34,395 nucleotides of DNA. Source: a virus (taxonomy: Duplodnaviria > Caudoviricetes). The position numbers were made by a program, and so were the translations under genes. Positions 14,129 through 23,710 of the stretch are shown here, piece after piece. Location: the IMG/VR virus record IMGVR_UViG_3300047560_000265, positions 1 through 34,395 of that record. One strand, written 5' to 3'. Within the stretch, counting starts at the first letter, position 1; each line of letters begins with the position of its first letter. The notes beneath the pieces are model-generated. The model saw only the letters and a program-made list of their open reading frames with translations, was not told the origin of the DNA and searched no databases.

Positions 14129-15457
14129 ATGGACAACTTCTTAGGATTACTAGAAACTGGCGCAACTCTTGGTAGTGGAGCGCTTTCTGGCCTATTGGGG
14201 ATGCCATATGGACTTTATAAGGGTGTGACAAGCGGAGCTTACGGAACTCCTTTGGCAAACAGAATTGCTGAAGAAGAAGCCCGTAAGTTCATGGAAAGAA
14301 ACACTTATGTCCCGAGAACTCAAGCGGGGCAAGAAAATCTCCAAGCGATTGCTGGCCTGTTGGAAAAGTCAAAACTTCCACCTGTAATGCCTGAAATCTC
14401 TCTTTTGGGGCAAATTCCTCGTCAGGCTTATGCTGCCCAAGCTGAAAGGGCTGGAATGGCTGCTGAGAGGGCTTTAGAGCCTGTTGTGCAGAGAACTTTG
14501 GAGCGTGGTGGCAAGGGTGCTCAACTACTTCAGGATTTGAGCCAAGGTTCTATTAGTCCTTTAGATGTTTGGCATGGTTCACCGCATGGCCCATTTACCA
14601 GTTTTGACAGAACAAAAATCGGTTCTGGTGAGGGTGCTCAAGCCTATGGTTATGGGCATTACACTGGTGAGGCTCGTGGTACTGGTGAAGGTTATATGAA
14701 AAATTTGAGTGACTTTGACATCAAAGTAGATGGAAAGCCATTTAATACTGACGATGTATCTCACTTTGCTGCTATGAGCGTTTGGCAGGCTGGTGGAGAT
14801 AAGAAGAAGGCTATTGATTCATTGCGAGAGTCAGCTATTAGTTTGAAAAGTCGTAATGTTAAATGGGCTGATGATCTTGCAAAAGAAAACATACAACAAA
14901 TTGAATATTTAGAAAGTGGTAAACCAGTTCCAAAATATAAAGAAGAATCAAAAGGTTATCTTTACAAAATAGACCTACCAGACGAAGCGGTAGCCCAAAT
15001 GCTTGATTGGGATAAGCTTTTTAGTGAGCAACCAAAACAAGTGCAAAATGCTTTGAAAAATTCAAACATTGCTGAAATCTGGAAATCTCAGTATGGTTTT
15101 GACATTGAAAAAAATAAACCTCAGATGGATTTGGTTTATAAGGCTGTATCAGAGCAGTTAGGCAGTCCTGATGCGGCTTCTCAATACTTTAAGGACTTAG
15201 GCATTCCAGGAATCCGTTACTTAGACGAAGGTAGCAGAAATCTTAAAAAAGATTGGACTGTTGAAATTAAAGATTTTGGCAGTTACGACTTTCCATCTTT
15301 AGACGAGGCAAAGGCTTTTATGAAAAGCAATCCTCAGTATGAGATGAACTTGATTGAGCCTCAGAAATCAACATCAAACTTTGTAGTATTCCCTGGAAAT
15401 GAAGATTTACTTAGAATCCTAGAGATAAACGACAAGCCATTAGGACTGTTAGAATAA
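14129..15457 (+). CDS. Putative internal virion protein with ADP-ribosyltransferase-like (ART-PolyVal) domain
   Basis: Gly/Ala-rich N-terminus; VWHGSPH..FD..KIGSGEGAQAYGYGHY, GYLYKIDLP, GIPGIRYLD, NFVVFP. Confidence 0.72.
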   Translation: MDNFLGLLETGATLGSGALSGLLGMPYGLYKGVTSGAYGTPLANRIAEEEARKFMERNTYVPRTQAGQENLQAIAGLLEKSKLPPVMPEISLLGQIPRQAYAAQAERAGMAAERALEPVVQRTLERGGKGAQLLQDLSQGSISPLDVWHGSPHGPFTSFDRTKIGSGEGAQAYGYGHYTGEARGTGEGYMKNLSDFDIKVDGKPFNTDDVSHFAAMSVWQAGGDKKKAIDSLRESAISLKSRNVKWADDLAKENIQQIEYLESGKPVPKYKEESKGYLYKIDLPDEAVAQMLDWDKLFSEQPKQVQNALKNSNIAEIWKSQYGFDIEKNKPQMDLVYKAVSEQLGSPDAASQYFKDLGIPGIRYLDEGSRNLKKDWTVEIKDFGSYDFPSLDEAKAFMKSNPQYEMNLIEPQKSTSNFVVFPGNEDLLRILEINDKPLGLLE

Positions 15458-15500
15458 AGACTTAACAAGATGACCAACGAGCCGAGAGGAATTGGTAAAA

Positions 15501-15818
15501 ATGAAAAAAATAGAGAGCGGAAATTCCGCAAACCTAACTAATAGGGGCAGAGGAAGGCCCAAGGGCAAGCCTAATAAGGCCACAACCGAGTTTAGAGAGA
15601 CCATTAGCGCTCTGCTATCTAACAACTCGGAAAATGTCGAGAAATGGCTTAAATCGGTTGCAGACGGAGACCCAGCTGTTGACCGCAAACCAGACCCTTA
15701 TCGAGCATTGGACTTGATGGCAAAACTTGCTGAGTATGCGGCTCCGAAGCTATCAAGGACTGAGCATACTGGCGACTCTGACAAACCCATCGAGTTGAAA
15801 GTTTCATGGGCGAAATAG
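15501..15818 (+). CDS. terS: Terminase small subunit
   Basis: GRPKGKPNK motif, EYAAPKLSRTEHTG tail, overlaps TerL; ATG 15501 after AGAGGA. Confidence 0.82.
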   Translation: MKKIESGNSANLTNRGRGRPKGKPNKATTEFRETISALLSNNSENVEKWLKSVADGDPAVDRKPDPYRALDLMAKLAEYAAPKLSRTEHTGDSDKPIELKVSWAK

Positions 15819-17062
15819 TCATCCCTTACGCCCCAAGAGACCAACAAGCACAAATCCACGACCTAATCGACAGTAAGCGGTTTACAGTCGTGGTGGCGCA
15901 TCGAAGGATGGGCAAGACTGTCTCTGCGATAAACCACATCATTAAGGATGCTGTCCTGAACCAGAAGGAAGCGCCTCGCTACGCCTATATCGCTCCGACC
16001 TATGGACAAGCAAAGCGGGTGGCTTGGGACTATCTGGTTAAGTACTCTACTCCTTTGGGTGGGACTCAGAACATCTCTGAACTGAGGGTTGACTTCTGGG
16101 GTAGACGAATCCAGCTTTATGGCTCAGACAATCCAGAGGCGCTACGGGGTCAATACTTTGACGGGGTGATTCTTGACGAGATTGGCGACCAAAACCCAAA
16201 GATTTGGACTGACATTATCCGACCCGCACTAGCTGACCGATTGGGATGGTGTTTGTTTATCGGAACACCGAAGGGACACAACCACTTTAAAGACCTGAGA
16301 GACAGGGCGGAAACAGAGGATGGTTGGGGGCTTTTGGAGTTTAAGGCTAGTCAGACAGGGGTAATTGCCCAGACAGAGTTAGACGCTGCCAAGTCCGAGA
16401 TGGGAGAAGATAAGTATTTACAAGAGTTTGAGTGTTCGTTCAACGCTGCCGTAGAGGGGTCTTATTACGGACAGATACTGAACGACCTAGAGACAAAGAA
16501 TCACATTCAGGGAATCCCGAGGGATGACCTGTGCCGCACGATTACCGCATGGGATCTGGGTATGGGTGACTCGACAGCTATCTGGGTGGCGCAAATAGCT
16601 GGTTCAGAGATTCGTCTAGTTGACTACTACGAAAACAACGGGGTTGGTCTGGATAAATATGTTTCTTGGTTACGGGACAACAATTGGGCGAGTGCCGAGC
16701 ATATCCTTCCCCATGATGTGCAGGTCAGGGAATTAGGGTCTGGAAAGAGCCGTTTAGAGGTTCTTCAGGAAGCAGGGCTAAATGTTCGTATCGCCTCAAG
16801 GATGAGCGTAGATGATGGGATTCAGGCTGTTCGCCGCCTTCTACCGAGGTGCTGGTTCAATGTCCCTGCTGTTAAACAAGGGCTTGACTGCCTGAGAAAC
16901 TACCGCCGTGAGTATGACGAAAAGAGAAAAGTCTTTTATGACCGACCTTTACATGATTGGTCAAGCCACGGCTCTGATGCTTTCCGCTATCTTGCGATTG
17001 GACTCGATGAGGGTTCTTCATGGGGTAAATCTATCAACCAACCACCGAAATGGGTAATCTGA
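15806..17062 (+). CDS. terL: Terminase large subunit
   Basis: Walker A HRRMGKT, Walker B ILDE, GTPKG, nuclease WDLG and HGSDAFRY. Confidence 0.97.
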   Translation: MGEIVIPYAPRDQQAQIHDLIDSKRFTVVVAHRRMGKTVSAINHIIKDAVLNQKEAPRYAYIAPTYGQAKRVAWDYLVKYSTPLGGTQNISELRVDFWGRRIQLYGSDNPEALRGQYFDGVILDEIGDQNPKIWTDIIRPALADRLGWCLFIGTPKGHNHFKDLRDRAETEDGWGLLEFKASQTGVIAQTELDAAKSEMGEDKYLQEFECSFNAAVEGSYYGQILNDLETKNHIQGIPRDDLCRTITAWDLGMGDSTAIWVAQIAGSEIRLVDYYENNGVGLDKYVSWLRDNNWASAEHILPHDVQVRELGSGKSRLEVLQEAGLNVRIASRMSVDDGIQAVRRLLPRCWFNVPAVKQGLDCLRNYRREYDEKRKVFYDRPLHDWSSHGSDAFRYLAIGLDEGSSWGKSINQPPKWVI

Positions 17063-17274
17063 TGTATTTCTTAAAACAAGGCGATATTGCTGACGCAAAG
17101 AAAATAGCCCGAATGGAGCAAACCATTCTTGAGCTTGAAAAGCGGATTGAAATGCTTGAAAATGTGGCGAAACCGCTACAATCGGAGCAACGCCCACGGA
17201 TGGGCAGACCGCCAAAGGTTAAAGATGAGCCAGCGCAAGATTTGCGGAGTCTACAAGATAACCCACATAGCTAG
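17062..17274 (+). CDS. Small coiled-coil protein with GRP motif
   Basis: TGATG-coupled to terL; LELEKRIEMLE, RMGRPPK. Confidence 0.65.
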   Translation: MYFLKQGDIADAKKIARMEQTILELEKRIEMLENVAKPLQSEQRPRMGRPPKVKDEPAQDLRSLQDNPHS

Positions 17275-17815
17275 TGGGAAGTCGTACATCGGCATATCTA
17301 AAGACATAAATAGACGATGGGCTGAACATAAAGTCTCAAAGTCTAAAAATAATGGCGGTATTCATGAAGCTATGGAGAAGCATGGGATAGATGCTTTTTC
17401 ATGGCAAATCATAGAGCAATGTAATGTATCTTTGCTTCAAGATAGAGAAGCACATTGGATTGCTGTGTTTGATACATACAGAAATGGTTACAACTTAACC
17501 AGTGGTGGACAATACAATAAGGAAATTTCTTACGAATCTCGCAAAAAGATGAGCAATCGTAAAAAAGGCACTAAGTTGTCTAGCGAAACACTAAAAAAGC
17601 TGATTGGTAGAAAACAATCGCAAGAATCTATTGAAAAAAGCCGTTTATCAAGAACAGGCATAAAATTTTCAGAAGAATCTAAGAAAAAAATGTCTGCTGC
17701 ACATCTTGGTAAAAAGTTGTCACCTGAGACAAAAAAGAAGATTTCAGAAAAAACTAAAGAGGCTTTGATGAACAAAAAGCTCGCTGAAATACAATTTGTG
17801 CAAACTATTCAATAG
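17225..17815 (+). CDS. GIY-YIG homing endonuclease with NUMOD3-like repeats
   Basis: GVYKITH..SYIG..RWAEH, NGYNLTSGG, repeated SEESKKKMS; ATG 17225. Confidence 0.92.
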   Translation: MSQRKICGVYKITHIASGKSYIGISKDINRRWAEHKVSKSKNNGGIHEAMEKHGIDAFSWQIIEQCNVSLLQDREAHWIAVFDTYRNGYNLTSGGQYNKEISYESRKKMSNRKKGTKLSSETLKKLIGRKQSQESIEKSRLSRTGIKFSEESKKKMSAAHLGKKLSPETKKKISEKTKEALMNKKLAEIQFVQTIQ

Positions 17816-17823
17816 GTTAAAAA

Positions 17824-19905
17824 ATGAGCCAAGACAAACTGAAGTCAATAATCGAATCGGAGATTGATAATTCGATTGGTTTTCTAGAGACTGAGACAAC
17901 TCAGCAACGCACAGACGCACTATCTTTCTATTTACGACAACCACTTGGCAACGAAGTTGAAGGTAAATCCTCAATCGTTACTGGCGAAGTGGCTGAAGCC
18001 GTAGATGGTGCGCTTCCCCCATTAGTCCGAATCTTCTCGTCAAGCGATGAGGTGGTTCGTTTCGACCCTCGTGGCCCACAAGATGAAGCTGGAGCCAAGC
18101 AAGCGACTGAATACTGTAACTGGGTGTTCATGCGTGATAACGCTGGTCTCATCATCATGCACGATTGGTTTAAAGACGCTCTACTTCAAAAGGTAGGCGT
18201 GGTTAAAGCCTATTGGGAAGATAAAGAAGATGTGACCAAAGAGAAATATCGTGACTTGTCTGATGACGAGTTAGCGATGTTGCTTTCTGATGAGACTATG
18301 GAAGTGGTCGAAAAAGAAGTCGTAGAGAATCCAGTTCTAGACCCTGCTGGCAATCCTGTTCTCGACCCGATGGGTCAGCCTGTGATGTATTCGTCAAACA
18401 GCGTAACAGTCCAGAAGAAAAAGAAATCAGGCCATGTCGTTGTTGAGAATGTACCGCCTGAAGAATTCCTTATCTCCAAGAGAGCTAAGAAAAGCCCAAA
18501 GGATGCGCCTTTCGTTGCTCATCGCCGTTTGATTACTCGTAGTGACTTAATCGCAATGGGCTTTGATAAAGAAATTGTGGATGGGTTACAGGCTTCTAAT
18601 TCTCTTACTTACTCACCTGAGTACTTAGCCCGTGTCGCACCTGGCGAGAATCCTGACGATGGCATCTCTATTGATGAGTCAATGGAGACAATCGAGGTTT
18701 TCGAGTGCTATGTCACAGCCGATATTGATGGTGATGGCATCGCTGAATTGAGACAGGTTTTCTACGCTTCAAACGAGATTTTGAGCGATGAGGAAACTGA
18801 CTACATTCCTTTCCACTCACTCTGCCCGATTCCTACTCCACACAAGTTCTTTGGCGAATCTCTCGCTGACAGAACAATGGATTTGCAGTTAATCAAGACA
18901 ACTATCACTCGACAGATTCTTGACAACCTGTATCTGACGAATAACGCCCGTGTGACCGCTGTTGATGGACAAGTTAACTTAGATGACCTTTTAACTGCCA
19001 CCGCTGGTGGTGTGGTTCGCATTAAGTCTCAAGGCGCTGTTCAGCAATTGGCTGTTCAACCCGTGGCGGCTCAAGCCTTCCCAATGCTTCAATATTTGGA
19101 TTCAATTCAACAGAAGCGCACAGGTGTTACAGAGGCTTCCCAAGGTCTTGACCCGTCTATTCTTCAGAATGTTACTGCCGCCGCTGTTGCGTCTATGCAA
19201 CAGTCTGCCGCTGGAAAGATTGAGATGATTGCCAGAATCTTTGCAGAAACTGGCGTTAAGTCGCTGTTCCAAGGGATTTTGCATCTTCTCTGTAAGTACC
19301 AAGATAAGCCCCGTATCGTTCGGATGCGTGGTCAATATGTCCAGTTTGACCCTCGTGAGTGGTCGAATCAGTACGATGTTGATATAAATGTCGGCCTCGG
19401 TGCTGGTAATCGCCAAGAGCAAATGGCAATGCTGAACATGGTTCTTGCCAAACAAGAGCAAGTGCTTCAGACAATGGGGCCAGCTAATCCTCTGGTTTCG
19501 ATGGGTCAGTACCGCAATACTCTTGGAAGAATGGTGGAAGCCGCAGGATTTAAGGATTCTGCTGAGTTCTATAAATCCATCACTCCAGAGCTTGACCAAC
19601 AACTCTCCAACCCACCGCCACAACAGCCACAAATGCCGCCTGAAGTGCAGGCATACATGGCTAAGACCCAAGCGGATATTCAGGCTCAACAAGCCAAGGC
19701 TCAAGCTGACATTCAGTTGGCAAGAGAAAAAGCCGCTGCCGAGATTCAGTTAATGCGTGAGAAAGAAGCCGCACGACTCCAGTTTGAGCGAGAGAAATCT
19801 GCCGCAGAACTCCAATTGAAACAAGAGGAATTCCTAGCCGAAGCCCAAATGAAAGCCATGAAGGTGGGTGCAGGGATTACTTCTAATGTAGAAATACCAG
19901 GGTGA
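17824..19905 (+). CDS. Portal protein (P22-like, long C-terminal helical barrel)
   Basis: 693 aa directly after terL; FKDALLQKVGVVK, Q/A/E-rich tail. Confidence 0.92.
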   Translation: MSQDKLKSIIESEIDNSIGFLETETTQQRTDALSFYLRQPLGNEVEGKSSIVTGEVAEAVDGALPPLVRIFSSSDEVVRFDPRGPQDEAGAKQATEYCNWVFMRDNAGLIIMHDWFKDALLQKVGVVKAYWEDKEDVTKEKYRDLSDDELAMLLSDETMEVVEKEVVENPVLDPAGNPVLDPMGQPVMYSSNSVTVQKKKKSGHVVVENVPPEEFLISKRAKKSPKDAPFVAHRRLITRSDLIAMGFDKEIVDGLQASNSLTYSPEYLARVAPGENPDDGISIDESMETIEVFECYVTADIDGDGIAELRQVFYASNEILSDEETDYIPFHSLCPIPTPHKFFGESLADRTMDLQLIKTTITRQILDNLYLTNNARVTAVDGQVNLDDLLTATAGGVVRIKSQGAVQQLAVQPVAAQAFPMLQYLDSIQQKRTGVTEASQGLDPSILQNVTAAAVASMQQSAAGKIEMIARIFAETGVKSLFQGILHLLCKYQDKPRIVRMRGQYVQFDPREWSNQYDVDINVGLGAGNRQEQMAMLNMVLAKQEQVLQTMGPANPLVSMGQYRNTLGRMVEAAGFKDSAEFYKSITPELDQQLSNPPPQQPQMPPEVQAYMAKTQADIQAQQAKAQADIQLAREKAAAEIQLMREKEAARLQFEREKSAAELQLKQEEFLAEAQMKAMKVGAGITSNVEIPG

Positions 19906-19909
19906 AAAT

Positions 19910-20596
19910 ATGGGATGGTTCTCTGACTTTGTAAGCGACCCGATTGGAACTATTGGCGAAACAGGCCAAGGCGCTATTGATGCTGTTTCTGAGGCTGGTA
20001 GCGATATTGATGATTTTGTAAATGAAACAATACCAGGCGGATGGGCTACTGTTGCATTAATAACTGCTGGTTACTATTACTCACCAGAATTAGGTGCTTA
20101 TGTAAGCTCTGATGGCGCAACTACTGTTGCAGCATCTGATGTTGCCGCCGCTGATGCCGCTGGCGCTACAACCGCTGGAACCGCTGGAGCTGGAGCTGGA
20201 GCTGGAACGGCTGCGACAGGATTAACTGTTAACAATGTAATAAATGGTATAAGAGGCGGATTGCTCGTAAACGCATTAACTGGTGACCCTCTTGGATTAA
20301 ATGATACTGGCGGTGGTGGTGGGACTTCTGGGCCGACAGGATTTGCTCAAGTCCCAATTCCTGCTGAATGGAAATCTCCGACCTACACTTACAGCCCTGT
20401 CCAGAATGTGACTTTTGAGGACTTATTCCCAGAAATGTCTCTGAAAGGCACTCAATGGCGTGGGATGCAGTTGGCTGAACCAAACATGACATTTAATGAG
20501 ATGTTTGCCTCTGGGCTTCAAAAAACGCCTATGGGTTCACCTGTGGACATTAACCAAATCGTAGGGGCAATTGTTGGACAAGGCACAAAGAGCTAA
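19910..20596 (+). CDS. Gly/Ala/Thr-rich hypothetical protein, possibly an internal virion protein
   Basis: 228-aa ORF filling the portal-scaffold interval. Confidence 0.7.
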   Translation: MGWFSDFVSDPIGTIGETGQGAIDAVSEAGSDIDDFVNETIPGGWATVALITAGYYYSPELGAYVSSDGATTVAASDVAAADAAGATTAGTAGAGAGAGTAATGLTVNNVINGIRGGLLVNALTGDPLGLNDTGGGGGTSGPTGFAQVPIPAEWKSPTYTYSPVQNVTFEDLFPEMSLKGTQWRGMQLAEPNMTFNEMFASGLQKTPMGSPVDINQIVGAIVGQGTKS

Positions 20597-20804
20597 AAAC
20601 CTAATCTCCGATGAGTTTTTTATGGGAGAGATTGAGAAGCTAAAGAACGCAGAACTGGCGGTTATTGTCAATTCTCAGCCTCACAATATTGATGAGCGAG
20701 AGGTTGCGTATTTGAAAATAAACGCATTACAATCAGTCATAGCGCATTTTGAATCTATGGCAGCTACGAGCGAGATAGTCAAGAAGCGCTGGAAAATCCT
20801 CTAA
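20571..20804 (+). CDS. Small head-module protein between portal and scaffold
   Basis: DKAQRAKNL..EREVAY; position typical of this module. Confidence 0.75.
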   Translation: MLDKAQRAKNLISDEFFMGEIEKLKNAELAVIVNSQPHNIDEREVAYLKINALQSVIAHFESMAATSEIVKKRWKIL

Positions 20805-20847
20805 CGAGGCGGTGGCCTACCGTTTAGGCTGACAATTTGGGAATCAA

Positions 20848-21792
20848 ATGAGCGAAAACACGACACCGCAAGGTAGTGGAACGCTGACGGTGGACACAGC
20901 CGCAGCAGCATTTCTTGGGATGATGGATGCAGCAGAGGGAGCCGAGAGCCAACCCGAAACTGAAGAAGCGCCACAGGAATATGTTGAGGCCGATGAGCCG
21001 CAGTTGGTAGATTCTGAAGAAGCTGAAGAACAGCCTACTCGTACATTCAGGGTGAAAGCCGCTGGAGAGGAGCGAGAAGTAACTGAAACTGAGCTTATTG
21101 AGGGCTACCAATTAGGCGCAGATTACACTAAGAAAACCCAAAAACTTGCTGAAGAACGCAAAGCGGTGGAAGCCGAAAAAGCGAAGATTCAGGAAGCTAA
21201 AAATTTGAGAGACCAATACGCCCAACGACTGCAAATGATGGAGCAATTTCTCCAGCAACAGAACAAGGGTGAAAATTTGGAAGCGCTAAAGGAAGTCGAC
21301 CCTATCGGTTATGCCGTGAAGGTGGCTGAACAGGCACAACGAGAGAAACAGTTAGCTATTCTGCAACAAGAACAGCAACGCATTGCACAACAGCAACAAG
21401 CGGAGCAATCTGAGCGTTTACAGCAACATCTCGCTGAAGAAAGTCAGAAACTGACTAGCCTAATCCCTGGTTACGGAGACCCTAAGTCTGGCGACCAAAT
21501 CCGCAAGGATATTCGTGAGTATGCCAAGTCTATCGGTTGGAGTGACCAAGAGCTTGCAAGTTTGTACGACTCTCGCGCTGTTTTGAGTCTGTATCAGGGA
21601 ATGAAGTACGCCAAACTTCAGAGCAATAAACCCGCAATCGCTAAAAAGGTTGAGGCTGCTCCGAAGATGCTAAAGGCAGGTACATCAGTTCCTCGAAATG
21701 CAGAGGCAGAACAGAACAAAAAACTTCACCAGAAGTTGCGTCAATCTGGCAAAGTCCGTGATGCAGCTTTACTCTTTGAAAAATTCTTGTAA
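20848..21792 (+). CDS. Capsid scaffolding protein
   Basis: Acidic N-terminus, GYQLGADYTKKTQ, coiled coil, C-terminal SGKVRDAA; precedes the capsid gene. Confidence 0.9.
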   Translation: MSENTTPQGSGTLTVDTAAAAFLGMMDAAEGAESQPETEEAPQEYVEADEPQLVDSEEAEEQPTRTFRVKAAGEEREVTETELIEGYQLGADYTKKTQKLAEERKAVEAEKAKIQEAKNLRDQYAQRLQMMEQFLQQQNKGENLEALKEVDPIGYAVKVAEQAQREKQLAILQQEQQRIAQQQQAEQSERLQQHLAEESQKLTSLIPGYGDPKSGDQIRKDIREYAKSIGWSDQELASLYDSRAVLSLYQGMKYAKLQSNKPAIAKKVEAAPKMLKAGTSVPRNAEAEQNKKLHQKLRQSGKVRDAALLFEKFL

Positions 21793-21801
21793 GGAATCGA
21801 A

Positions 21802-22752
21802 ATGGCTACCTATCAAACCTACCAATCAATCGGCAATCGTGAAGATTTGAGCGATGTTATCTATGATATCTCTCCAACCGACACGCCCCTTCTTAACACT
21901 TTGGCTCGTGGCAAAGCTACCGCCGTTTACCATGAGTGGCAAACTGACAGCCTGTCAGCCGCTACTACTGCAAACGCCGCAGTTGAAGGTGCTGACGCTT
22001 CTGACGCCACCATGTCTCCCACAACCCGTTTGGGCAACTACACTCAAATCGTTCAGAAAACTATCAAGATTTCTGGCACTTTGGAGTCTGTTGACAAAGC
22101 AGGTCGTAAGAGCGAAAAAGCCTACCAATTGAGCAAGGCTTCTGCTGAGTTGAAGCGTGACATCGAAACCATCTTGACTGCCAACCAAGGCCGTTCTGCT
22201 GGTGATGCTTCTACTGCTCGCACTATGGGTGCAATGTTGTCTTGGATTAAGACCAACACCAACAAATCGTCTGGTACTACCGCTGGTGCTGACCCCACCA
22301 CTATCGGTGTGTCTACTCGTACCGATGGCACTCAGCGTGCTTTCACCGAAACCATCTTGAAGGATGTGGTTCAGAAGGTTTATTCTTCTGGCGGCAACCC
22401 CAAGATTTTGATGGTTGGCCCATTCCAGAAGCAAGCCGTTTCGTCTTTTGCTGGTATCGCAGCACAGCGTTACATGGCTCCTGGCAACGAACCCACCACC
22501 ATTATCGGTGCGGCTGATGTGTACATGAGCGACTTCGGTACTATGTCTGTGGTTCCTAACCGCTTCATGCGTACCCGTGACGCTCTGGTGCTTGACCCAG
22601 AATACGCAGCAGTTGCTTACTTGCGCCCATTCGCCACAAACGAATTGGCTAAGGCTGGTGACGCAGAGAAAACTCAGATTTTGGCTGAGTTGACTTTGGA
22701 AATGCGTAACGAAGCTGCTCACGGCATTGCCGCTGACTTGACCACTTCTTAA
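21802..22752 (+). CDS. Major capsid protein (DUF5309-like)
   Basis: GNREDLSDVIYDISPTDTP, HEWQTD, NYTQI, LAKAGD; strong codon bias; downstream terminator. Confidence 0.93.
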   Translation: MATYQTYQSIGNREDLSDVIYDISPTDTPLLNTLARGKATAVYHEWQTDSLSAATTANAAVEGADASDATMSPTTRLGNYTQIVQKTIKISGTLESVDKAGRKSEKAYQLSKASAELKRDIETILTANQGRSAGDASTARTMGAMLSWIKTNTNKSSGTTAGADPTTIGVSTRTDGTQRAFTETILKDVVQKVYSSGGNPKILMVGPFQKQAVSSFAGIAAQRYMAPGNEPTTIIGAADVYMSDFGTMSVVPNRFMRTRDALVLDPEYAAVAYLRPFATNELAKAGDAEKTQILAELTLEMRNEAAHGIAADLTTS

Positions 22753-22758
22753 TCACAC

Positions 22759-22784
22759 GGGGGGCTAATCACCCCCCTTCTTCT
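22759..22784 (+). terminator. Probable (leaky) terminator after the capsid gene
   Basis: GGGGGG-CTAATCA-CCCCCC-TTCTTCT. Confidence 0.65.
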
Positions 22785-23093
22785 ATGCGCCACATAGCAA
22801 CACAAAACGGTAAAGAGACCAATTTCCACGATGTTGATGGAAATCACTTTATCGAGACCAAGCAGGATATTTCTGCGATTCTTGAAAGCAACAAGGCTCA
22901 ATTTAACGCTATTGATGAACGAGCCAAATGGGGTGAATGGACAAAGATTGCCAGCTTGCCTAATGTTGTGATTGATGACTTGAACAAACAGGGAATCATG
23001 CGGGGTTTTGCTGTTGTGGATGAGAAAAGATTTCGGACTTTCTTAAATAACCCTGATAATCGGTTCTTTAGAACTCGACCAGGACAGATATGA
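22785..23093 (+). CDS. Conserved post-capsid hypothetical protein
   Basis: QDISAILE, IASLP, FLNNPDNRFFRT. Confidence 0.8.
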   Translation: MRHIATQNGKETNFHDVDGNHFIETKQDISAILESNKAQFNAIDERAKWGEWTKIASLPNVVIDDLNKQGIMRGFAVVDEKRFRTFLNNPDNRFFRTRPGQI

Positions 23094-23710
23094 AAGTTGC
23101 CATTTGCGTACCCTGCCGTGACACAGTTATGACAGGGTTTGCTTTTGACCTAGCGAAACTCTGCGCTTATGAAGGCGTGACAAGATGTGCTAAAGGTGGA
23201 TCGTTGATGATTTATCAAGTGCCTGGCACTTTGATATTTAACCAACGTGAGCGACTTGCGGAAGAAGCACTCAAAGATGGTGCGGATGCGATTCTTTGGA
23301 TTGACTCAGATATGAGGTTCCCGAAGGATGCGCTCCAGATTCTTCTATCCCGTAAGTTACCCATTGTTGGGGTCAATGCGACTACTCGCCGATTCCCTGT
23401 TTTACCGACCGCTTTGGACTACGACCAAGAAACAAAAGACTTGGTTAAAGTGACGAGCAAGGACAAGACGGGTCTTGAGCAAGTGTTGGGTTTAGGTTTT
23501 GGGATGGTTCTTATCAAAAAAGAAGTGTTCCAGAAAGTCGAAAAGCCTTGGTTTTGGTTTGAACAAACCGACAAAGGTGGGACAATTGGGGAAGATATTT
23601 ACTTTTGTGTGAAAGCGTTTGACAAAGGGTTTAAGACCGTTTTAGACCACGACCTTTCAAAGCACATCAGGCATATCGGAACTTACGAATATGGTTGGGA
23701 TGATGTATGA
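23090..23710 (+). CDS. GT-A fold glycosyltransferase-like protein
   Basis: KVAICVP, WIDSD (DxD), GFGMVLI, GEDIYFC, HIG. Confidence 0.8.
   Translation: MKVAICVPCRDTVMTGFAFDLAKLCAYEGVTRCAKGGSLMIYQVPGTLIFNQRERLAEEALKDGADAILWIDSDMRFPKDALQILLSRKLPIVGVNATTRRFPVLPTALDYDQETKDLVKVTSKDKTGLEQVLGLGFGMVLIKKEVFQKVEKPWFWFEQTDKGGTIGEDIYFCVKAFDKGFKTVLDHDLSKHIRHIGTYEYGWDDV

Noticed and set aside
17129-17815. Group I intron around the GIY-YIG gene
   Set aside because: terL and portal are intact and there is no non-coding space for a ribozyme core
19102-19704. 200-aa minus-strand ORF and similar ones (12268-12792, 7299-7634, 28876-29196)
   Set aside because: Lie opposite well-supported genes and have non-protein-like composition
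21955-22722. 255-aa minus-strand ORF
   Set aside because: Antisense shadow of the codon-biased capsid gene; no SD or recognisable motifs
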